Positions 22,265 through 29,900 of a stretch of DNA of 32,155 nt are shown here, in pieces. The number at the start of each line of letters is the position of its first letter. Within the stretch, counting starts at the first letter, position 1. The notes under the pieces are model-generated. The model made no database searches, was not told where the DNA came from, and worked only from the letters and a program-made list of their open reading frames with translations. The position numbers were made by a program, and so were the translations under genes. The stretch is from Macrostomum lignano (taxonomy: Eukaryota). Location of the stretch: the NCBI GenBank assembly GCA_002269645.1, contig NIVC01004889.1, positions 1-32,155 on the forward strand, written 5' to 3'.

Positions 22265-22474
22265 TTATGTTCCTGAAAAACTCTTGGTTTTAGTTAGTTT
22301 CGTAGGTGTGGGTTTTAACAATTCCTTTCTTATTTTATCAGCTTGTAACTGCCTTAATTTTGCTAGTTCTAGTTCGTAATTATCTTCAGCTTTTTTAACT
22401 TTTTCTGATTGTTTTTTTATTAAATTATTATTATTATCGTGCTTTGCACGCGAACATGTTGTTCGATTACCCAT
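22265..22474 (-). CDS. Small basic coiled-coil protein, 69 aa, possible N-myristoylation (MGNRTTCS)
   Basis: AAAA-ATG start; fills the gap between penton and protease exactly. Confidence 0.55.
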   Translation of the reverse strand: MGNRTTCSRAKHDNNNNLIKKQSEKVKKAEDNYELELAKLRQLQADKIRKELLKPTPTKLTKTKSFSGT

Positions 22475-22484
22475 TTTTACAGTA

Positions 22485-23269
22485 CTAAACCTGTTTTATA
22501 CGTAAAATTATTGTTATTGACTGCCCACCAAAACTTATTAATCTATCGCTTTCATCTACAATCCTAATATAAATTGATTGAACATTATATTGATTTAATG
22601 GGTAATATATTGGGGTTTGGGTGCAACAATCATTTTCTCTCCAATTGGAACAGCAAGAAATGGGATTGAATAAATAATTCCACGTTGAACCAAAACTCCG
22701 TTATCGTCTGTTATATAACCACCGTTTGAAATGTCGGTTGTTATATTAATTGTATTTACTCCACCCTCTATATTTCCAACTGTATCACCGGTGCTTGATG
22801 TGGTAACTATTCGGGAATTAAATCCAAGTATGGTTCTGAGTGAATTTGCAATTGTGAAATCAACCTGATATCCGGATCCTAGTGATAGTGTGAATCTGCC
22901 AGACGGTAAATCAACACCTATAACAATTGCTCCTGCTACCCAATCACCATTAGTTGTTAATTCTCCTTCTATATAAGCATTCAAATCAGTATAGCTATAC
23001 GCTCCTGGGTTAACGCTAAATGTTGTCCAATTGGCTCCGGAATCTTTAGAATATCTAAATTGATTATTTGTTGCATTAATTAATTGAGGCATGTTGAAAA
23101 CCGAAAATAGTATTAAACCTATTTGATAACTTAGGCTTTGATCAAGTTGTAATGGATCGCGCAATTGAATCCGTTGCTCGCTGGTTGTCATTATAAACTG
23201 TAATGTTGTACTAAATTTTGAATTAGTTCGATCTACCAATTGTTTTATAGTATTTAAATTTGTAGTCAT
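22485..23269 (-). CDS. Minor capsid protein (penton, single jelly-roll), ~261 aa; frameshift near 22612-22618
   Basis: DPLQLD...YQIGL...FN...INATNNQFRY, PGAYSYTDLNAYI, DFTIANSLRTILGF, VN.INITTDI..GY. One added base gives IYYPLNQYNVQSIYIRIVDESDRLISFGGQSITIILRIKQV-stop. Confidence 0.85.
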
Positions 23270-23271
23270 TT

Positions 23272-24121
23272 TTATAGTGGGAAATTAATCGGACGAAGTC
23301 CGCGTTCCGATCGTATTCGTCTACGCGTGCTATGCTCCTCTTCTTCATTATCTTCTTTTATCAAATTTGTTAAAATTCTATGTTTCCTTTCTAACCTCGG
23401 ATTGATATAAATATGTTTGTATTGGCTATCATCCCAAATTTTTTTACACATACTTTTAAATGGTTTTGCATCCAATCCGGGATTAAATCTAGCGTGATAT
23501 TTTGTAATCATAGTTATCTAAATCAAACATTACACAACAGCTAGCATTCTTTTTTATAATCGATTCTAATTCTCTAAAGGATTGAGTAAGATAAAAAGCT
23601 CCAATTCCATCTCCTCTACCACTAACAAAAATTTCCTTTTGCAATTCTTGATCACCGTCATTAATACAATCATCAAAAATAATTAGTGTTTTATCATGTT
23701 TTGGAATTTGATCATAGGCTAATCGGGTTGATACTCTAACAGTTGGGGCTCGATCGGACGAAGTCCGCGACCCTTCGGGGCGATCGGTGATGTTTTCTGG
23801 CTGTTGTGCCATTGTTTTACATAAATCCTCAATGTCTGCTAGATTAAATCGCGGTTCGTCATCATCCTCATATTGCTCATATGCTCTTAACATTCTAAAC
23901 AAGACATCTTTTTTTAATTTGTTTTTTAATCCATGTTTAAGAAATTCATAATATTTTATTCTAGGTTTATTAGTATAAATTATTAAATTATTATAGTCTA
24001 ACATTCCATCTGTTGTTAATAAATCGTAAACAAAGTGTGTTTTTCCTTTACCTGATCCTCCGATTACTAAACAAAGAAAAGGATCATTTGGAAATATTTT
24101 ATTGTGTTTTGCCTTTACCAT
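23272..24121 (-). CDS. FtsK/HerA-type (A32-like) genome packaging ATPase; frameshift near 23512-23517
   Basis: Walker A LVIGGSGKGKT, Walker B LIIFDD, GRG..IGAFYLTQSF, then KKNAS. C-terminus continues in ORF 23272..23511. Confidence 0.92.
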
Positions 24122-24186
24122 TTTTAAAGAAATAATTTAAATAGGCGCGACGGTCGGAGACGGACACCGACGTGCTTTGCACTGCA

Positions 24187-25659
24187 CTAAAGTGGTGCGT
24201 CCCGAACAATCGTGCCATCAGCTTTAGCAATTGACATATATTCCTCTAGAAACAATACGTGGGCGTCAAGTGCCTGATTACCGGTTTTATTAATCTCTAA
24301 CATATAATTAAGTCCAATATTGGCTACGTTTTCTTTCTGTGCCGTTAGATCATAAACAACCACTGGATGAATGTTTAGAAACTCTGTGGGTGTGTACTGA
24401 GGGACGGCATACGCTTCATTTTTGGCATAATCTTGATAATATTTTATAAAATCATTAACATTATTATTTGCTATATTTAAATTTAGGGGGTCTTTAACCG
24501 GATAATATTGATCATCAACCTGCAGGCGGATATTCTGAACATTAAACTCGTTAATAGCTGCAGCCGCATTGTCTGTTGCGGTGGCTGCTTGTTCTGCTAT
24601 GGCACCGGATTGAAGCCAATATAAATCCCCATTTGCTCTTTTACTCCTTCTATTTGTTATCTTAAACCAAACAAAAATATATCTCACCCGACGTTTTGAT
24701 GTCAGTATTTGCCACTGGAATGAATCCTGGTTATTATTAATGGTTCGCATAAAATGTCGACGATTCAAATAAAATATTTCCTGATCATGCGTTAACTGAT
24801 TATCGATGTGTTTTAAAAGTGGGGCTGTTACCTCAATAGTTGGTACGACTAATTGAATTGAATCTATACGAACTGCTATATCGGTTGAAATTGAGGTTCC
24901 ATAAAGTATCCTAGGCTGATATCCACCAGATATTTGCAACTGTATCCCAAATTTTAATCCTTTCCATACCCGATTTGGTGAGAAAAACCCAAATAGTGGA
25001 AAGATTGAAAAGTCCTGCTCATATGCTGTTGCTGTGGTTAAAACCGCGACTGGGAATTTATTCTGACGATCTATAAAACCAGTATTAATATCTTTTGTAT
25101 TAGTCATAGTGGTTACAACTGGAACTATGTTTGTATTAAGGTAAACAATTAGCGCTGCAGTATCTGCACCGGCTGCGTTTTGTACATTAGGGAAAACTAC
25201 TGCTTGACCGTTACCTTTATCCGGCATCCACCCAACATTATCACCAACTTGTTTTGATAAATAAGTATAATTTAAATGTTTCAAAACTCCATTAATCTCT
25301 GCGGGGTTTGATGATGTCTCAACCTCAGCACCATTAACAGTTAGTTGAGCTTGGGAAAAACATTTATAAAACCAATCATTTTCTATTATTATTCCGGATC
25401 GATCTGCGATATCTCCGGCTGCAAGAGCAGTTCCATCATTTCTAGTATACAACCATCTAACGCGGAAAAACGCATTTTTCATATCCAATATAGTGTTGGT
25501 TGCGCCGATGTCAAAAGTTACCGTTCCAGTAGTAAAGTTATTTGAATTATCACTTGTTGGTAGGGTATAATTTAAATCTCTTGCTCTGACCTCATTAATA
25601 TACTGTCGGTGCTTTTTGAAATGAAATTTATCACTCCACATAGTTTTTGTTTCAGCCAT
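24187..25659 (-). CDS. Major capsid protein (double jelly-roll), 490 aa, intact
   Basis: VTFDI...LDMKNAFFRV, NDWFYKCFSQAQLTVNG.EVE..NP, RRVRYIFVWF, NIRLQVDDQYYP, FLNIHPVVVYDLTAQKE follow the Polinton MCP pattern. Size and position next to the ATPase fit. Confidence 0.87.
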   Translation of the reverse strand: MAETKTMWSDKFHFKKHRQYINEVRARDLNYTLPTSDNSNNFTTGTVTFDIGATNTILDMKNAFFRVRWLYTRNDGTALAAGDIADRSGIIIENDWFYKCFSQAQLTVNGAEVETSSNPAEINGVLKHLNYTYLSKQVGDNVGWMPDKGNGQAVVFPNVQNAAGADTAALIVYLNTNIVPVVTTMTNTKDINTGFIDRQNKFPVAVLTTATAYEQDFSIFPLFGFFSPNRVWKGLKFGIQLQISGGYQPRILYGTSISTDIAVRIDSIQLVVPTIEVTAPLLKHIDNQLTHDQEIFYLNRRHFMRTINNNQDSFQWQILTSKRRVRYIFVWFKITNRRSKRANGDLYWLQSGAIAEQAATATDNAAAAINEFNVQNIRLQVDDQYYPVKDPLNLNIANNNVNDFIKYYQDYAKNEAYAVPQYTPTEFLNIHPVVVYDLTAQKENVANIGLNYMLEINKTGNQALDAHVLFLEEYMSIAKADGTIVRDAPL

Positions 25660-25693
25660 TTTTTTAAGTTAAAAAAGTTTTTTATGTTAAAAA

Positions 25694-26358
25694 ATGAGTC
25701 AATTTATGGACGTTGATGGAGAGTTAGCGATTTATAAAGAGAAGCAAAGATATTCTGATTTTGTTAGAAATTTACAAAAAAGAAAGTTAGGAATACAATT
25801 AGCTGGCGAAAGATTTGCTGCTCCTTTTGTTAATCCTATTACTGGGAAAATTAGTGAACTAGAAAAAACAGATAAAGATCTTCTGGAAAAAATTGCTAAA
25901 AATACGAGCCAAAAGAGGATGAAATTTTGGATGAGCCGCCTGCTTATGATGTTGATCAAGCAATATTTAGAGTTGCAGAATTAGACGTGAGAGATTAGGG
26001 GTGGAGTTGAACAATATCCAAGAGATGCGCCACTAGTATTGCTGCGACAGATTTAGGTGGTGGTAATTATCGAATTGGTAGTTGATAAAATCGAAATGAA
26101 CTATATAGAGAATTGGGCGGAGCATTTAATATTATTACGAACCCTAGGGTAAAATTTAACCCTGATTTATATACTAGGGATGAATTAATAAGTGCTAGAA
26201 TTTTTTATGATGAGTTAGGAGGAGCTGTTAAAAATACCAGCTTGTATAAAAGGATTGTTAATTCTATAAATAACAAACCAGCTGTTGGTGATGGATTTAA
26301 AACACCGCGAAAACTTGTTTTAGCTGCTGCGAAAGCTGCTGGACATACTGGAGTTTAA
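25694..26358 (+). CDS. Conserved Maverick protein (PZ/PW-like, function unknown), ~220 aa, broken by about 3-4 frameshifts
   Basis: FVNPITGKI, NYRIG, YTRDEL...Y.RIV, and C-terminal GDG...LV..AAKAAGHTGV resemble recalled Maverick motifs (F.PIT..L; YT..DL..Y; G.G...L.AS..AGNT). Exact junctions are uncertain. Confidence 0.5.
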
Positions 26359-26385
26359 TTAATTGTTAAATTTATTTTTTATAAA

Positions 26386-26955
26386 ATGGATGAAACAAAA
26401 ATTTGTACTACGTGTAAAATTGAGAAACCGATGACTAAAGAATTTTTTTGTTGGAGAAATGACACAAAAAAATTTAAAAATCTTTGTCGATCTTGTGAGA
26501 AAGTTAAATGTACTATGTGGAGAATAAACAATAAAGATAAATGTAATAAATATGCAAAAAATAAATATCGCACTGATGAAAATTTCAAAAATATTAGTCT
26601 AATTAGAGCTAAAATAACTTGGGCATTGAGAACTTTTCATGACAAACATTATATCTCATATCTTGGTTGCACAAAAGAATTCTTTTTTGATTGGTTAAAT
26701 TTCACAAGAAATTATTATGTTCCAAAAAATTATACTGGAAAGTTAGATATTGATCATTTCATTCCCGCTTCTTCATTTAATTACAAAGACGATGATCAGA
26801 TTAAAAAGTCTGAAAATTGGAGAAATAAAAGATACTTAACTAGCGTAGATAATAACTATAAAAAAGTTAAACAACCAACAATTGAAGAATTTGCGAAACA
26901 ATTGGTGCTATCATGTATTTTTAAGGCTATTAAAAATGAACCAAATAGTGTTTGA
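26386..26955 (+). CDS. Free-standing HNH (beta-beta-alpha-Me) endonuclease with N-terminal C4 zinc finger, 189 aa, intact
   Basis: CTTC...CRSC; YLGCT..F..WL; DIDHFIPASSF...NWRN...L..VDN..K, the pattern of giant-virus/phage HNH endonucleases (IDH.IP...F......NL.PL...DN..K). Confidence 0.85.
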   Translation: MDETKICTTCKIEKPMTKEFFCWRNDTKKFKNLCRSCEKVKCTMWRINNKDKCNKYAKNKYRTDENFKNISLIRAKITWALRTFHDKHYISYLGCTKEFFFDWLNFTRNYYVPKNYTGKLDIDHFIPASSFNYKDDDQIKKSENWRNKRYLTSVDNNYKKVKQPTIEEFAKQLVLSCIFKAIKNEPNSV

Positions 26956-27061
26956 AGGAGGATTTTTAGACTTACAAAAAGGATTAACGAGCTTACCACC
27001 AATCTTTACTACTGGTAAATATACAGGGGAACTACACCTACCATCAATGAACTTCACAGGT
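26936..27061 (+). CDS. PLA2-integrase fusion gene, exon 1 (42 codons, MNQIVFEGGFLDL...ELHLPSMNFTG)
   Basis: TAAAA-ATG start. ELHLP..NFTG is the first half of the parvovirus-type PLA2 Ca-binding loop, completed by PGT at 27365. Confidence 0.88.
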
Positions 27062-27364
27062 TAACCCGTGGCCTGAGTGAGGAAGGCAATGTCCTTGCTA
27101 GTCACTATTTGTGGCGACATCTCCAAATTGCGTGAAACCCGTCATACAGCTTCAAGTACCACTTCAAGTGAGAAATCTTTTGAAGGAACAGAGGTAACTC
27201 CTCTTCCCAAAGGTAAAAAGCTTGAAGACACGGTGGCAATGCGCAGCCAAGCTCCTAAGTATTTTAAATATAAGGAGAAGGTTCAGAGAGCAGACGGAGA
27301 TGGGCGGTAATTATCGCCGCTTAAGGTGTGCTCCAGCCTCATTCGAAAGATTGAGGGTAAACAG
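27062..27364 (+). ncRNA. Group I self-splicing intron, subgroup IC1-like, 303 nt, no internal ORF of note
   Basis: Exon-terminal U27061 pairs with G27071 in P1 (CAGGU/GCCUG); intron ends in G27364. P3 CAUCUCC 27118-24/GGAGAUG 27296-302. P element AAAUUGCGUGAAA 27125-37; Q AAUGCGCAGC 27238-47; R GUUCAGAGAGCAGA 27281-94; S AAGGUGUGCUCC 27323-34. P7 is fully paired with G27288-C27333. P5abc has GAAA and GUAA tetraloops; P8; P9 with GAAA loop. GC ~47% by hand count. Confidence 0.95.
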
Positions 27365-28532
27365 CCGGGGACTAGACTGGATTTAAGATTAAATCCTGAC
27401 AATACTCCAAAATCTGATTCAATTCCAATAAATGGGATTGATTGGTTAGCATACTATCACGACTTAGCATATAGAGATGCTGACAAGAACCCGCCCGAGG
27501 AAGCATTAAGATTAAAACATGAAGCCGATCAAAAAATGATTCAAGGATTAGATAACTTGCAGGGATTATCGGTAGGTCAAAAATTAACTAGGTGGATGGT
27601 TAAAAAGATCTTGCAGTCTAAAGTTAAATTTGGTTTGGGAATTAATTATAATCAACATGGAAATAATTGTGTTGAGTGTTTGTTATTAAGTGGTGGGTTA
27701 AGTTCTGATGAGGCAAAGATTCTTCATAAAGAATATCGAAAACCTAAATTTTATAGAAAAATCATGAACTTCAAAAAGAATGAAATTTGGTATGCTGATT
27801 TAATGTCGATGCCGAACGAAAGAGGATATAAATATATCTTAACCATATTAGATGGTTTTACTCGATACGCGTGGGCTGTTCCTTTAAAATCCAAAAAGGA
27901 GAGGAGGTTGCTGCTGCTTTTAGAAGTCTTGGAGAAAAAAGCGAACGTTTGTGTGTTGACGAAGGAAAAGAATTTTACAATCCTCATATGTATAAATTGT
28001 ATCATTTTGAAAAAGGACAAGAAAGGAAAAAGACGCGAATGGGGAGTATATTAATAAAATTTATTCTATTTATGGAGAGAGTAAAAACGCATTAATAGAA
28101 AGATTTAATAGAACTTTAGGTAAGAAATTATGGTTTCAGTTTAGTCTTAATGGTAACCAAAAATGGGTAAAAATATTACCAGACGTAGTGAAAGATTATA
28201 ACAATTCATATCATTCGGCGATAAAGATGACTCCTCAACAAGCTTATAACAATCCTGAAAATGTTAGGGTTACTTTTGGAAAATTTGAAAAAAAAAAAAA
28301 AATTTTAAGTTGGTGATTCTGTTTATATCTATAAATGGAAAGATAAGTTTGAAAAGGGAAGAAAAGGATATTGGAAGATAAGTGAGAAATTTACTATCAG
28401 TAAAGTTTTAAATACCAATCCTACAACCTATATAATTGCTGATAAGGACGGTGAAGAAATATTGGGTTCTTTTTATGAGAACAGATATTATCTGCAACTA
28501 AGTTCGATCAGTTACTTAAGACAACATGGTAG
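27365..28532 (+). CDS. PLA2-integrase fusion gene, exon 2: parvovirus-type phospholipase A2, linker, rve (DDE) integrase, SH3-like C-terminal domain; frameshifts near 27895, 28025, 28288-28308 and ~28480
   Basis: PGTRLDLRL...PINGIDWLAYYHDLAY...EAD (HD dyad). Then LHKEYRK, WYADL (D), YILTILDGFTRYAWAVPLKSK, CVDEGKEFYN (D), LIERFNRTL (E), YNNSYHSAIKMTP, VGDSV...KFEKG...GSFYE. No chromodomain seen; the 3' end is approximate. Confidence 0.9.
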
Positions 28533-28564
28533 TAAATTTTTTATAACAAACAAAAACAATATTA

Positions 28565-28735
28565 TTACATAATTGTTACTAATATTATTATTGACATTTG
28601 TTCAACTGTTATCAAACTTAAATTTTCATTAAGTTCATTAATCGGCACATTTCCGATGTAGGAATAGTTTACCTTCATTTTTTTATATATATTTTTCACA
28701 ATAAATGTCGTTTCTGTTATAGAATAATAGTTCAT
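28565..28735 (-). CDS. Possible small ORF, 56 aa (MNYYSITETTF...)
   Basis: A-run before ATG and fills an otherwise empty gap; no motif. Confidence 0.35.
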   Translation of the reverse strand: MNYYSITETTFIVKNIYKKMKVNYSYIGNVPINELNENLSLITVEQMSIIILVTIM

Positions 28736-28751
28736 TTTTTAAATATTTTTT

Positions 28752-29066
28752 TCACATAAAAATTTCACTTTCATTCTCTGAATCACTGGTTTCATATGAA
28801 CTATTTGTTGATTCGGAATCTGTTGATCTAACCTCCCAATCATCCGAATTTAAATAATCTCCAAGTTGAAATATTAACTCACCCTCTTGTTCTAAATCAT
28901 ACATCTCATCTAGCTCTAATGGATAAAGTTTTAGGTCGTGCTTGTCGTCATATTTTAAATAAACTTCATCAATTATTCCATTCAAAATATGTTGTTTTAT
29001 TATCTCTGCATTTTTAGCAACAGTCTCAAAAGTATCACTAACAGAAAAGGTGTAAACTCGGTTCAT
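28752..29066 (-). CDS. Acidic hypothetical protein, 104 aa
   Basis: TATAAAAA-ATG 18 bp inside the right TIR; Ser/Glu/Asp-rich tail. Confidence 0.6.
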   Translation of the reverse strand: MNRVYTFSVSDTFETVAKNAEIIKQHILNGIIDEVYLKYDDKHDLKLYPLELDEMYDLEQEGELIFQLGDYLNSDDWEVRSTDSESTNSSYETSDSENESEIFM

Positions 29067-29083
29067 TTTTTATAACAGAAAAA

Positions 29084-29404
29084 GACCCTTCGCGCCTGCG
29101 GCGCGTGCGACGGGTTCTAGAAAGTTTGTGTGTGTTGGAGAGAGTTGGAAGCGTTGACGATACAAAATACCCAGCAAACCAAAGCGAGCGACGAGGGCGT
29201 GTTCTCACCATTCAAAAAGAATTAATCGTTGTAAGTGTGAAATGGCCTGTTTGACCGAAATGAAGCGAGGATGAGCGAAGCGAGTTGAGCGAAGTGAAGA
29301 CGAGCGAAAATGAAGGGAAACAGGCCATTTCACACTGATAAAGGGTTAAATTGTTTGCAATGGTGAGAATGGTTTGCTGGGTATTTTGTATGGTATATAC
29401 TACT
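29084..29404 (-). repeat. Right terminal inverted repeat (321 bp)
   Basis: Ends GTATATACTACT at 29404; reverse complement of the left TIR. Confidence 0.96.
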
Positions 29405-29559
29405 TTTGCCAATGTAACGGAGCTTTTGTCTATGGTAGCAAGGCTGGCACAGCGGCATTTAATTTGGTCCAACAAGCATTAACTTGGTCCATAGATTCAT
29501 TTGCAACTGCTGTGGTGGAGCAAGATTAGCCTAAGAATTGTGGACCATATGCTGGGCTT

Positions 29560-29900
29560 GTGATCGAAGCACTGGACAGAGGTGAACACCCAAAGGACAT
29601 TGCAAGGCTCCTGAATGTAAAAGAAAATATGGTTTACAACACCCGTCAGCGCGTTGAAACCACTGGCGGCAAAGATCGCCTGCCAAAGGGGTGAAAATCA
29701 CCAAGACAAGTTGCGAGAGCCTCTGGTCCAACTGCTACTCGATGCAGTTGAGACGAACCTTTGTTGACGTTGCAGAAAATGCAACAGAAGTTGAAGGATC
29801 TCCGTTGCATTGTTAAACCTTTCTTGGATTAAATTCAATGCGGAAAAAGCTACGTATATTTAGCAAAAGATTTCCGACAGCTGACCAAAATTCTGACAAG
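29560..29900 (+). pseudogene. Degenerate Tc1/IS630-like transposase 5' fragment (HTH region)
   Basis: VIEALDRGEHPKDIARLLNVKENMVYNTRQRVETTG (HTH-like), then in shifted frames KLREPLVQLLLDAVETN / LTLQKMQQKL / RKKLRI. No DDE core or TIRs found. Confidence 0.55.

Larger units (their letters stand above)
11947..29404. mobile_element. Maverick/Polinton (polintovirus, adintovirus-like) endogenous element, 17,458 bp, apparently complete
   Basis: 321-bp TIRs with AGTAGT/ACTACT ends. Contains pPolB, rve integrase, packaging ATPase, cysteine protease and major and minor capsid genes. Composition switches sharply to AT-rich. No target-site duplication. Confidence 0.97.

Noticed and set aside
27060-27364. 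Spliceosomal GT...AG reading of the insertion (GTTAAC at 27060, ACAG at 27364)
   Set aside because: It removes 305 nt and gives ACA GCC GGG GAC TAG, an immediate stop. The donor is weak, and only the group I boundaries restore GPG.
27077-27364. ORF 27077..27310 as an intron-encoded protein, and 27326 as the start of the PLA2 gene
   Set aside because: The 77-aa ORF has no nuclease motif and runs through the ribozyme core. MCSSLIRKIEGKQ is translated intron sequence from a GTG start.
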